64,000 bases of DNA, taken from contig JBJMOW010000002.1 of assembly GCA_045803545.1 (NCBI GenBank), forward strand, positions 32,001 to 96,000, in the 5' to 3' direction. Of the stretch, positions 1-9,451 are shown piece by piece. Position numbers and translations under genes: made by a program. Each line of letters starts with the position of its first letter. Within the stretch, counting starts at the first letter, position 1. Under the pieces are notes generated by a model. It was given only the letters and a program-made list of their open reading frames with translations, made no database searches and was not told the DNA's origin. The DNA is from Gemmatimonadaceae bacterium. GTDB lineage: Bacteria; Gemmatimonadota; Gemmatimonadetes; Gemmatimonadales; Gemmatimonadaceae.

Positions 1-101
1 AGATTCGTCCCGTTGGCCTCGCCTACCGGAAGCTGATCGCTGCGAATTCGACGATGCCAATGATCCCGACCCCTACCGAAATTCGCGCGCAACAGGCATA
101 A
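1..101 (+). CDS. 3' end of a GH1-like glycoside hydrolase (partial, runs off window)
   Basis: Frame from position 3 reads IRPVGLAYRKLIAANSTMPMIPTPTEIRAQQA*, closely matching the C-terminal motif IRPVGAAYKKLIA of the GH1-like protein ending at 5958. Confidence 0.65.
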   Translation, partial: IRPVGLAYRKLIAANSTMPMIPTPTEIRAQQA

Positions 102-108
102 CTACTGC

Positions 109-142
109 GACCGAGGTCTTCGACCTCGGTCCTTTGTTTTTC
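109..142 (+). terminator. Intrinsic terminator
   Basis: Perfect 10-bp stem GACCGAGGTC-ttc-GACCTCGGTC followed by CTTTGTTTTT, just after the TAA at 99-101. Confidence 0.75.
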
Positions 143-147
143 AATCA

Positions 148-960
148 ATGCCTCAAGTCAAAAGAGCAATTATCCCGTGCGGGGGTAAAGGCACGCGCAT
201 GGCATCGCTCACCGGCGGACGCGCCAAGGAGTTGATGCCGGTGGCTGGCCAGCCACTATTGCTCTGGGTACTTGGTGAGTGTGCGGCGAGCGGGGTCGAA
301 GAAGTGCTGGTGGTCGCGGCTCCGAACAAACATGATCTCATCGAAGTGGCGCGCGACGCCGCAGGCAGGTCGGGGATGCCTGGTCGCGTTGAAACGGTAA
401 TTCAGCGAGAGCCGCGTGGACTTGCCGACGCAATCCGTTACGGCGAGCAGTTCGCCGCGTCACAGCCCTTCGGCGTTGCTTTGCCGGATAATCTCTTTGT
501 CTCCGAAGTTCCCGCCCTGCGACAGTTGGTCGATGTATACCGCCGGACTGGCAAGAACGTTGTAGCGATGGTGGAGCTGTTTCCAGAGGATGCGGAGCGC
601 GCCGGTCCAACCGCGATTTATCCCGGGAGAATGGAAGGCGACCTCTTTCACATCTCGGAAGTGCCGTCGAAAGGAAGTCGCGGGTCGACTTTCGATCTGA
701 AAGGCGCGCCGTCGGGTGTGACCGGCGTTGGCCGCTATGTATTTCTCCCTGAAGTGTTCGCCGCTATAAACCAAGTCGAGAAGAAACTTGCACCCGGCGA
801 CGAGCTTGATGATGTGCCGGTGATGTCGCTGCTGCTCCGGAAAGACCGGTTAATCGGCCGGCGCATTGTTGGCGACTTTCTCGACGTCGGATTGCCGATC
901 GGTTATCGGGAAGCCAATGAACGTCTCGCCGCCAATCAGCAGCCGCGCTTCGCCAAGTAA
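148..960 (+). CDS. Sugar-phosphate nucleotidyltransferase (GalU/UTP-glucose-1-phosphate uridylyltransferase-like)
   Basis: AIIPCGGKGTRM...KELMPV signature, QREPRGLADAI, ALPDN, GRYVF and DVG motifs. Confidence 0.85.
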   Translation: MPQVKRAIIPCGGKGTRMASLTGGRAKELMPVAGQPLLLWVLGECAASGVEEVLVVAAPNKHDLIEVARDAAGRSGMPGRVETVIQREPRGLADAIRYGEQFAASQPFGVALPDNLFVSEVPALRQLVDVYRRTGKNVVAMVELFPEDAERAGPTAIYPGRMEGDLFHISEVPSKGSRGSTFDLKGAPSGVTGVGRYVFLPEVFAAINQVEKKLAPGDELDDVPVMSLLLRKDRLIGRRIVGDFLDVGLPIGYREANERLAANQQPRFAK

Positions 961-2318
961 GTCAGCTCGTTTTCGCGGTCGCCGACGACAATTCGATTGA
1001 CCCACTCGACACCCTGCGCCACCGAGTGATCCATGTTCCCGACTTCGTAGCGCCAGGCGCCAAAGCGGCCGCGCGAGTAGATGTCCTGTGACTCGAGCCA
1101 CGGATGCACCGTGGCCAGCGCCTTGTCACGCTCGAGGCTCGGAATGGGATAGGTGTACTCCCGTTCGATCACGTAAGCGTCCACAACGTCGTCGAGGTCG
1201 GCCTGGGCTAACATCTTCGTATTCACCATTCCCTGCAGCGTGTCGTCGATGACCTTGCTGCCATCGACAGGCTTGAAATCCGACCTGGAGATTTCCGCGA
1301 GCAGCGAGTACTGCTTCGACGCATCCGGAACTACTTCCGGTGAATAGTTCGACAAATAGGTCAGCCGGTAGAACGGACAGTTCTTCTCCGGGAAATACAT
1401 CCAGCATTTCTTCGAAGGCGACGGCTGATTGACGCCGACGCCGACGATGTAGGAACCGGAGTGGCGCAGCAAGTCGGCCTGCTCGCGCACTTCGTCAGGC
1501 ACTTCGCCGTCGATCGACCGGACGAGGAGATCCATCGGCATCGTCGACAACAAGTGGTCATACGCTACCCGATGACCGTCTTCCAGAACCACTTCCTTCC
1601 GGGCGAAGTCAACTGCGACCGCCGGAGCATTCAGCCTGAGATTGTCCTGCACGTATGGCTGAATGCGCTCGAACAATCCGCCGGTCCCGCCGCTTCGCGG
1701 ATACTTGAACGTAGCGTTCGGGCCCCAACCGGCGTCGTCGCGATCGAGCACTACGTTGCCGAGCACGCGCTTGATGTCCACGACCGAGACGCGCTCGCCA
1801 ACCCACTCCTTATTCATCATGCACGGCGGGTGCGCCCACACCTTGAAGTTGTACGGCATCATGAAGTACTTGGCGATGCCTTTCCCGAACACGCCGAGAA
1901 TGAACTCTTCGAAGTTGTGGAAGCGCTTGAGATCGAACTCCTGCTTCTGCGCTTCGATCAGGCCCATCAAGCATTCGAGCACCACTTCCCTCGGCAAGTA
2001 CTTGATGTTGTTCTGGAACGGGTAGGGAAGAAAGCGATCGCACATCCAGACCCACGACTCGCGCAGCAGCTCCTGGTATTCGTCGCCAATCACCTTGGCG
2101 AACAGTCGATCGAAGTATTCGTAGTGCGAGAAAAGAACATGGCCGCCAATGTCGTAGGTGAAGCCATTGGGCGATTTCTCTGACGACGCCAGGCCACCCA
2201 CTTTGTTTCGCGCCTCGAGGATTACGAAGTTCTGGTAGCCAAGCTCGCGTAGACGGTAGCCAGCGCCAAGCCCGGTTGGTCCGGCGCCTATGACCACGAT
2301 TTTTTTCTGCTCAGACAC
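936..2318 (-). CDS. glf: FAD-dependent UDP-galactopyranose mutase, eukaryote-type
   Basis: GAGPTGLGA Rossmann motif; DIGGHVLFSHY, YPFQNNI, WVGERV, WGPNATFKYP, GRFGAWRYEVGNMDHS resemble fungal/trypanosomatid UGM motifs. Confidence 0.75.
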   Translation of the reverse strand: MSEQKKIVVIGAGPTGLGAGYRLRELGYQNFVILEARNKVGGLASSEKSPNGFTYDIGGHVLFSHYEYFDRLFAKVIGDEYQELLRESWVWMCDRFLPYPFQNNIKYLPREVVLECLMGLIEAQKQEFDLKRFHNFEEFILGVFGKGIAKYFMMPYNFKVWAHPPCMMNKEWVGERVSVVDIKRVLGNVVLDRDDAGWGPNATFKYPRSGGTGGLFERIQPYVQDNLRLNAPAVAVDFARKEVVLEDGHRVAYDHLLSTMPMDLLVRSIDGEVPDEVREQADLLRHSGSYIVGVGVNQPSPSKKCWMYFPEKNCPFYRLTYLSNYSPEVVPDASKQYSLLAEISRSDFKPVDGSKVIDDTLQGMVNTKMLAQADLDDVVDAYVIEREYTYPIPSLERDKALATVHPWLESQDIYSRGRFGAWRYEVGNMDHSVAQGVEWVNRIVVGDRENELTYLAKRGC

Positions 2319-4569
2319 CGCTCGTCTCCAACACTTCAGGATTGATGTGACGCTTGCTGACGGAAGCCAGCCAGGAATCGACTGCTGTCTCGAGCGTGGG
2401 CATCAGCTTTCCGCGCTCGCTTGTCAGAGCGCTGTTTAGCGGGCGTCGCGCACGTAGCCCGAGGTCGCTCATCGGTACGCCGACGATGCGCGACGAATCG
2501 AGGCCGGCTCTCTCCGCTGCCAGGCGCGCGAAATCGAACCAGGTCAGCGCGCCGTCGTTCACCAGGTGCCAAGTGCCGCGCTCATCGTCGACGAGGAGGT
2601 CGAGGGTCGTATTGACGAGGTCGGGAACGTAAGTGGGCGACATCATGGTGTCGTTCGCGACACGCACCTCACAGCCCTGGCTGAGCTCGTGGAATGTCGT
2701 CGCCAGAAAATTGTGCGAGTCCCAGGGCCCGAAAAACGCGCTCGTTCGGATTAGAAGCGCGTTGGGCAATTGACGGAGATGCTTTTCCAGTCGTGCTTTG
2801 CTGTCGCCGTAAATGTTCAAAGGGCTGGCGACGTCGCTCTCTACGTACGGATCGCCCTTCCTGCCGTCGAATATCAGGTCGCTCGAGATCGCCACGACCG
2901 GAATTCCCAGGCGCGCACATTCATCAGCCAGCACACAGCCGCCTTCCGTGTTTACGCGAAAACAATTCCCGGCATCCCGCTCGGCATCGTCGACTCTTAC
3001 GTAACCCGCCGCGTTGACGACTGCCCACGGCCGCACGCGATTGAGAAAGTCGGACACCGACTTGCGGGCGCTGATATCGAGGTCCTCGCGGCCGGCCCCG
3101 ACCACGGCAAGCCCGCGCTCACCCGCGACGCGCAGGAAAGCGTGTCCAAGCGTCCCATTGCAGCCGGTGATGAGAATCACCCGCTCGCGAGCCAGGCCTT
3201 CCTTGTTTTGTCGCGGCTCATCGTTGCTGACTTCCAGCTTCGGCCGACGCAGGAGCCGAATGTCCCGACGCCACCACCCAATGCCATCGAGCACGGGATG
3301 GTCGCTCGCTCCTGTGGTCGCCAGCGCCGCTGTCATTCTGGCCAATGCAGTGGGACGAGGCAGGGGCGAACGCAGATCAAATGCGGCCGGCTCGTACGAG
3401 TCAAAGTCGGATGTGAGAAGCGAGCACCAGCCATAGCAGCCGAGCAGCGACCAGACAGTGATTGCACGGACATCGATGTTCTCACTGCGCAGGTCGAGCG
3501 CGGCGCCCCACGCTTCGGCGAGCCATCGCAACTGGTCCTCACGGGTGCAGCCGAGATGTACCTCGGTGATCGCGAGCGGTAACGCGTAGCGATCCCATGC
3601 TTCGCGGAGCGGGCCACTGTGTCCGGTGATCCCTTCGTCCAGAATTCGTACGGCCTCGACGTCAACGTAGGCTTGTCGCCCGTTGCCGGGATGATCGCGC
3701 TCCGGATAAAGGTCTATGCGATCGTCAAGGAAACGATCGCTTGTGACGTAATGATTGATGCCGATGATGTCGGGCACGCAGGGGCGAGAGAGGAAGCTCT
3801 CCAGCTCCTGACGTTGGACGCCGGATTCGAGTAGGTGCCACCAGAGCGGCTGCCTGTCATCAAGGCGTCCCGTCAGAATGTCGAAAGTCAGCCAGCGTCT
3901 GCTGTTGTCGAAGTTTGCCTGATAGGAAAGTGCCGGCGTGCTGTAGGTCTTGCCGAGGTCCTCAGTCTGAACGAGGCGAGCTTGAGAATTGACCGAACGA
4001 ATGGCCGACATCGCCGCGCGAACCCCCGCGCATTGGTTCACGACAGCTCGCGCGAAAGAACGGTCGTCGCGAGCGTGCGGGTACCAGTGGCCGTACAGCG
4101 TGGCGAACCTTGCGGTGGTGAGCGGTTCGTTGATCGGTGTGTACAACTCGATCCACGGATAGCGCCGAGCGACAGCACTGGCGAACTCGCTCAGCTTGCT
4201 GCTGAACTCGTCGTCGAGGAGGCTGGTGTAATTCGGTCCGCTGCCGTGGTGAACCAGTCCAATTATCGGTTTGATGTCCAGCTCGCGCATTTTGCTCAGC
4301 GCACGATCACTCTCAGACCAGTCCAGATCGGCGAGTGAATTGGGGGCGACGCGCTCCCATAAAACGGGATAGCGCAGTGTGCGGACGCCCAGCGACGCAA
4401 ACTGCTCGAGGTCCTCCTCGATTCGCTTCGTGTGTCCGCTTAAAACGAGCTGATCGTAAAAGCGCTCACCAACACGGTTAACAGTGCACTCGATTCCGCC
4501 CCAGATCTCTACCTTTTTTGAAGCATCGCTGGTAGCCGAGGGGCGCGCTGGAAGTGCCCCGGGGGTCAT
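2311..4569 (-). CDS. GH1-like glycoside hydrolase fused to dTDP-4-dehydrorhamnose reductase (RmlD-like SDR)
   Basis: N-half: WGGIEC, TPINEP acid/base and AITEVH nucleophile motifs. C-half: ITGCNGTLG, NAAGYVRVDDAE, ISSDLIFDG, YGDSK, SPTYVPDL. Confidence 0.85.
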   Translation of the reverse strand: MTPGALPARPSATSDASKKVEIWGGIECTVNRVGERFYDQLVLSGHTKRIEEDLEQFASLGVRTLRYPVLWERVAPNSLADLDWSESDRALSKMRELDIKPIIGLVHHGSGPNYTSLLDDEFSSKLSEFASAVARRYPWIELYTPINEPLTTARFATLYGHWYPHARDDRSFARAVVNQCAGVRAAMSAIRSVNSQARLVQTEDLGKTYSTPALSYQANFDNSRRWLTFDILTGRLDDRQPLWWHLLESGVQRQELESFLSRPCVPDIIGINHYVTSDRFLDDRIDLYPERDHPGNGRQAYVDVEAVRILDEGITGHSGPLREAWDRYALPLAITEVHLGCTREDQLRWLAEAWGAALDLRSENIDVRAITVWSLLGCYGWCSLLTSDFDSYEPAAFDLRSPLPRPTALARMTAALATTGASDHPVLDGIGWWRRDIRLLRRPKLEVSNDEPRQNKEGLARERVILITGCNGTLGHAFLRVAGERGLAVVGAGREDLDISARKSVSDFLNRVRPWAVVNAAGYVRVDDAERDAGNCFRVNTEGGCVLADECARLGIPVVAISSDLIFDGRKGDPYVESDVASPLNIYGDSKARLEKHLRQLPNALLIRTSAFFGPWDSHNFLATTFHELSQGCEVRVANDTMMSPTYVPDLVNTTLDLLVDDERGTWHLVNDGALTWFDFARLAAERAGLDSSRIVGVPMSDLGLRARRPLNSALTSERGKLMPTLETAVDSWLASVSKRHINPEVLETSGV

Positions 4570-5798
4570 TGAACCGCAAGCTCCCCCAGTCTCTCGGCGC
4601 GACGTGCGACTCTGATCTGCGGTGCGGTGGTTTCGCTGACCTCGCTGATCAGTTTGCGCATCTTTCCAACGATGCTCTCCCAGGATGCGTTTGCCGCCAT
4701 CTCGATGCCCTGGGCAACGAGAGCTCGATCGGGGTTCGTTGCTGACTGACTAGTGAGCGCAACGAATTCACGCTCCGAGCGCGCGACTCTCACCACGGGA
4801 GTGAAGTTTCTCACGACGTCTGGTACAGCCGTTGAGACGATCGGCTTGCCAGCCGCCATGTATTCGAGGGTCTTCGTCGGGTTGATGAACTCGGTTGCCT
4901 CGTTCAGAGCAAATGGCATCAGGCACACCGTAAATCCCTTCACGTATCCCGGCAACGCTGAATAATCGCGCTGGCCCAGCCAACAAATATTCGGTGCTTT
5001 AGGCAACGTTGCCGGGTCAACTTTGACCACCGGTCCAACCATGACGACGCTCGCGTCGGGACGGCTCTCGGCGAGCGTACGGATCAATTCGTAATCGATC
5101 CGTTCGTCGATAACGCCGAAGTATCCGAAGACGGGCTGTGGCAGTGAAGCGATGTCCGCCGGCACCGGCGTCTCCCACAGCCTCGCTTTACCGAAATGCC
5201 GATTATCGACCCCGCACCCGAAAAAGTGAACGTTGCTGTGATAACGCCTCTTGGACTCGTACAGCTTGTAGCCGCCGGTGAAGACAACATCTGCGTTAGC
5301 GAGGAGCAGTCGTTCGCGTCGAACGAGATCAGGATGCGCGAAACGGAACTGTGATAGCTCATCCATGCAGTCGTAGACAACTGCAACCTCGTTGAACGCA
5401 CCCAGCATTGCCGGCGCCGTGAGCGGACTATAGAACCACTGGACCGGATTGTTGAACGTCCGCTTTAGCTCGCCGCCGGGCAGAATCGCGTGTTGCACGA
5501 GCCTGCGAATCTCGGCGATGCCGCGTTCGTAATCGTCACGGAAGACACCCGGCAGGTGCGGAACAGCGCGGAAGACATTGGCGTGCGGAACACTGATGTC
5601 GAGTTTGGGCGACGCCAGATCATCCAGGAAAATCGGCTCCTCGACGAAGAGCACGGGACGATGCTCAGCGAGCCGTGAGAGAAGCTGCTGAGGACGTTGC
5701 CACACAAAATCCCAGCGGAGGTGGCTCTGGACGATAATTGGACGGTCAGCGGGTGCGAGCGATCCCGCGGCGTCTGCTAAGGCATCAACACGGCGCAT
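4566..5798 (-). CDS. GT-B glycosyltransferase (GT4/group 1-like)
   Basis: SHLRWDFVWQRPQQLLSRLA, YDCMDELS, GYFGVIDERID, PTKTLEYMAAGKPIVST; ATG at 5798 preferred over the AT-rich ORF extension to 5957. Confidence 0.85.
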   Translation of the reverse strand: MRRVDALADAAGSLAPADRPIIVQSHLRWDFVWQRPQQLLSRLAEHRPVLFVEEPIFLDDLASPKLDISVPHANVFRAVPHLPGVFRDDYERGIAEIRRLVQHAILPGGELKRTFNNPVQWFYSPLTAPAMLGAFNEVAVVYDCMDELSQFRFAHPDLVRRERLLLANADVVFTGGYKLYESKRRYHSNVHFFGCGVDNRHFGKARLWETPVPADIASLPQPVFGYFGVIDERIDYELIRTLAESRPDASVVMVGPVVKVDPATLPKAPNICWLGQRDYSALPGYVKGFTVCLMPFALNEATEFINPTKTLEYMAAGKPIVSTAVPDVVRNFTPVVRVARSEREFVALTSQSATNPDRALVAQGIEMAANASWESIVGKMRKLISEVSETTAPQIRVARRAERLGELAVQ

Positions 5799-5957
5799 TC
5801 TTGAATTCTTTTTTAGGGTTTTCTTGCTGTAATGGAAAAGCAAGCAGCGTGCCGATTTTAATTTCGCGTCGCGAATCGGACGAGTGTGCGCAGACGTACG
5901 CTTTGTTCCGGAATCCTGGGTTTTTTTCTGGGAAAATTTCTTTTTTGTGAGCGACAA

Positions 5958-7178
5958 TCAGTAGCCGAGCACCAACACGAGGCTCTGAGCAGGAATGATG
6001 TCCTTCCAGTGAGCGATCAGTTTTTTGTAAGCGGCCCCCACCGGACGAATGCGGCGATCGAGGTCGCAAAGTCCGAGCGGATTCACACGACCGGCGTCTT
6101 CCCTGAGCGCCGTGTCCCAGTCGACCTGATCGGTAAGGCTGTACCAGGTGAAGCCCACTATCGGAATCCCATCCTCCTTAAGCCTCACCATTTGCGCCCA
6201 CTCTTTTGTTAGCCACTTAACCGCGCCTGGCTGGACGATGTTCGTCTCGGCGTGCATGACGGGCAGTCGGTACCGTTCGAAATACTGTCGAGTGATGATG
6301 TAATAGCCGAAGATCTCGCCCGACTCTGTGTAACTGCCATCAGCATGGACCATGTGCTCATTGGTCCAGTAGTAGTCGGTGCCCATGATGCAGTGCGCTT
6401 TGACATGGTTATCTCTGAACCAGTGGTACTCGGCGTTAGTCAAGCCGTTCTGGATGACGTATTCGTACGTATCAGATGAAAGGGGATAGCCGTACGTCAG
6501 GTCTAGAGCGAGAAATCTTTTTTCGTTGAGTGCGTGTGCGAGCGGCAGTACGCTGGGATCTTCCGCGTGAAAGTATTCCGACGACTCGCTTTGAATGAAC
6601 GTCGGCTGTGGGCGACACTCGAGAATCTCCGTCATCGCCAGAACGTTCGCTTTGCACAGATTTTTCATGGCGGTTACAAACGCGCCGTGATCCCGGCGTC
6701 TTTCATTCCACCAGCCGTGCATTGCCGAAAAGGTGGCGGCGATGAATATCTCGTTCACCGGGGTGAACAGCGTGACCCAGGGGTATCGCTCGGAAAACGC
6801 ACGCGCGTATTCGGCGAAGAAGTGCGGCCATTCCGGATTTTGAAAGTCGCCGAGCCAGTCAGGAACACCGAAGTGGCAAAGATCGGCGATTGGTGTGATC
6901 TCCAGGTCCTTCAGGGCGTTGAAGGTTTCGTCGGCAAAGCTCCAGTCGTAAATCCCCGGGCCCAGATGTGTCCTATAGTAGGGCGGACCATAGCGAAGAA
7001 ATTCGATGCCCAGCTCTTTGACGAGGGCGAAGTCCTCTCGCCAGCGGTCGTAATGACCGCACTTCGCAAAGCTGTCGACGCGCTTGGCGGTGCCATCGGG
7101 TAGTCCGATTACGGGATAGCTACCCTCGATTCCGGTCGCAAAGAGAAAATGTGGGAAGCAGGGTGGGTCTCGGCGCAT
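5958..7178 (-). CDS. GH1-like glycoside hydrolase
   Basis: FLFATGIE, GHYDRWREDF, DLCHFGVPDW, TPVNEI, MHAETN, GFTWYSLTDQVDWD; ATG at 7178 likely. Confidence 0.85.
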   Translation of the reverse strand: MRRDPPCFPHFLFATGIEGSYPVIGLPDGTAKRVDSFAKCGHYDRWREDFALVKELGIEFLRYGPPYYRTHLGPGIYDWSFADETFNALKDLEITPIADLCHFGVPDWLGDFQNPEWPHFFAEYARAFSERYPWVTLFTPVNEIFIAATFSAMHGWWNERRRDHGAFVTAMKNLCKANVLAMTEILECRPQPTFIQSESSEYFHAEDPSVLPLAHALNEKRFLALDLTYGYPLSSDTYEYVIQNGLTNAEYHWFRDNHVKAHCIMGTDYYWTNEHMVHADGSYTESGEIFGYYIITRQYFERYRLPVMHAETNIVQPGAVKWLTKEWAQMVRLKEDGIPIVGFTWYSLTDQVDWDTALREDAGRVNPLGLCDLDRRIRPVGAAYKKLIAHWKDIIPAQSLVLVLGY

Positions 7179-7324
7179 TGTGACTGCACTGCGCGCGTTC
7201 CATGCCGAACCGCGGTTTTTTCGCGATGCGTGGCGTGTCGGGGCAACTGCTGGCTCGAGAGTTCCGCGGCACAGCACTGGCAAGTCTTTACTCTGAACAT
7301 CAGCCTGACCCGAGGATGGTTCAG

Positions 7325-8296
7325 ATGGCGCCCCTCAAGAAGATTCTTTTTGCCTGTTGTGTGCTGGCGGTCGCGGCACTCCCGTTCGCCTGCACCCAAA
7401 GCTCCACGTTTCTCGCGGAGAAGCCGCGGCACTATCCCGCTGATTCCGTCGAAGGCACGGCGCACAAGCTTGGCGTCGTCCAGGGTTTTTACGGGCCAGA
7501 GTCGGTGCGCTATTCGCCAGGACAGGATGTGTACTTCGTCTCTGTCATGAACGGACCCGGCTCGGAGAAAGACAACAACGGCTACATCGTCCAGATCGAC
7601 GCCGGAAACCTTGGAAGCGGCAAACTATTCGCGGTCGGCGGGAAGAACGGAGTCCATCTCGACGCGCCAAAAGGATTGGCAATCCACGGCGACACACTGT
7701 GGACGACTGACATTGACGTTCTGCGCGCGTTCGATCGCTGGACCGGCCGCTCACTCGGCGAAATCGACCTAAAGCCCTATCACGCTGTGCTGCTCAACGA
7801 CATCGCAGTCGGACCGGACGGGACCATCTACGTCACCGATACAGGCATCGACATGGCGAACATCGGCGTCATCTACCTCGGCGGGGACAAGGTCTTTGCC
7901 ATCGGCGCGAATCGTTCAATCAAAATCATCGCGCACGGAAACGTGCTCGGCCGGCCGAACGGGGTGACGTGGGATTCGGTACGAAAGGCGCCGGTGGTGG
8001 TCTCCTTCGATACCTGGCACAGTGAGGTTTACGCCTTGCATCCCGCAGACTCTACGCGATCCACCTTCGCCGTGGGAAAGGGAAGGTTCGACGGTATCGA
8101 GCCGGTCGGTGGTGGGAGATTCCTGGTGACGTGCTGGCAGGACTCGAGCGTGCACTTGTTCGGCAATCACCTCGACAAGCAGATCGTGCGCAACGTCCCG
8201 TCACCGGCTGACATCGGAATTGACACCAAACGCAACCGCCTGGCGATCCCAGTCGGCAACAATCGCGTCGAGTTCTGGGATCTGGCGGGCGTCTAG
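7325..8296 (+). CDS. SMP-30/gluconolactonase-like beta-propeller lipoprotein
   Basis: Signal peptide with lipobox-like PFAC; repeats GPESV, APKGLAI, LNDIAVGPDGTIYVTDTG, PNGV, DGIE, PADIG; start at 7316 or 7325. Confidence 0.7.
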   Translation: MAPLKKILFACCVLAVAALPFACTQSSTFLAEKPRHYPADSVEGTAHKLGVVQGFYGPESVRYSPGQDVYFVSVMNGPGSEKDNNGYIVQIDAGNLGSGKLFAVGGKNGVHLDAPKGLAIHGDTLWTTDIDVLRAFDRWTGRSLGEIDLKPYHAVLLNDIAVGPDGTIYVTDTGIDMANIGVIYLGGDKVFAIGANRSIKIIAHGNVLGRPNGVTWDSVRKAPVVVSFDTWHSEVYALHPADSTRSTFAVGKGRFDGIEPVGGGRFLVTCWQDSSVHLFGNHLDKQIVRNVPSPADIGIDTKRNRLAIPVGNNRVEFWDLAGV

Positions 8297-8317
8297 ACCC
8301 AACATAGATTCGCGGAG

Positions 8318-9451
8318 ATGAGCATCCGCGAATTCGAGATCGACAAGGACATTCGCCGTGCGTCGACGCTTCCCGCTCGCGTGTATTCCGATCCGGCTTA
8401 CTTCGAGCTGCAAAAGGATCGAGTCTTTGCACGCAGCTGGCAGTACGCGGGTGACTCCACTCGAGTGAAGGCGCCCGGGCGTGTCGCTCCCTTCACGCTG
8501 CTCGACGGATGTCTCAACGAGCCGCTGGTGCTGACCTCCGACGACGAAGGCGCGATGCGTTGTCTCTCCAATGTTTGCACCCACCGCGGTGCGATCGTCG
8601 TGGAAGGCGAAGGACATGCGCGCAATCTTCGCTGCAGGTATCACGGTCGGCGATTCGCGCTCGACGGAAAGTTCGTCTCGATGCCGGAGTTCGACACGAC
8701 CGTTGGATTTCCGTCGGAAAAGGACAATCTTCCGAGCCTGCCTCTCCAGAAGTTCGGCCCGATGCTGTTCACGGGCCTCGCACCTGAGATGTCGTTCGAC
8801 GAGTGGATCGCGCCGGTGCGTGAGCGTGTGTCATTCATGCCCCTCGATGCATTCACGCGGGATGCTTCGACGTCGCAGGATTATCTCATCAACGCCAACT
8901 GGGCGCTTTACTGCGACAACTATCTCGAAGAGTTTCACATTCCGTACGTGCACGCGGGGCTGGCCGAAAAGCTCGATTACTCCGGCTATCGTACCGAGCG
9001 ATTCAAGTACGGCAACCTGCAGCTCGGAATTGCCAAAGCGGGAGAGCCCGGATTCGCCCTTCCGTCCGATCATCCGAATGCAAGCGAGCGCGTCGGTGCG
9101 TTCTATTTCTGGCTGTTCCCCAACATCATGTTGAATTTTTATCCATGGGGATTGTCGTTGAACATTGTGGCGCCGCTCGAAGTAGGTCGCACGCGAGTGT
9201 CGTTCATCTCGTACGTGTGGGATGCGGCGCTGCGGGAGAGCGGTGTCGGCGCCGGCCTGCACCGCGTTGAGATGGAGGACGAAGAAGTCGTCGAGTCGGT
9301 GCAGCGCGGCGTACGATCCAGACTCTACGACCGCGGACGTTATTCCGAGCGCCGTGAGGTCGGCACTCATCACTTCCACGAATTGCTTGCCGACTTCATG
9401 AAGCGCCCACAAAGCGAAAACGGATCTTCGCGCCTGACGCCGCGCGCGTGA
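8318..9451 (+). CDS. Rieske non-heme iron oxygenase alpha subunit (choline monooxygenase-like)
   Basis: Rieske CTH...CRYH motif; mononuclear Fe motif DNYLEEFHIPYVH and ED..VVESVQRG. Confidence 0.85.
   Translation: MSIREFEIDKDIRRASTLPARVYSDPAYFELQKDRVFARSWQYAGDSTRVKAPGRVAPFTLLDGCLNEPLVLTSDDEGAMRCLSNVCTHRGAIVVEGEGHARNLRCRYHGRRFALDGKFVSMPEFDTTVGFPSEKDNLPSLPLQKFGPMLFTGLAPEMSFDEWIAPVRERVSFMPLDAFTRDASTSQDYLINANWALYCDNYLEEFHIPYVHAGLAEKLDYSGYRTERFKYGNLQLGIAKAGEPGFALPSDHPNASERVGAFYFWLFPNIMLNFYPWGLSLNIVAPLEVGRTRVSFISYVWDAALRESGVGAGLHRVEMEDEEVVESVQRGVRSRLYDRGRYSERREVGTHHFHELLADFMKRPQSENGSSRLTPRA

Noticed and set aside
936..2318. Protoporphyrinogen oxidase or amine oxidase call
   Set aside because: Shares only the FAD fold; the specific motifs and sugar-locus context favour UDP-galactopyranose mutase
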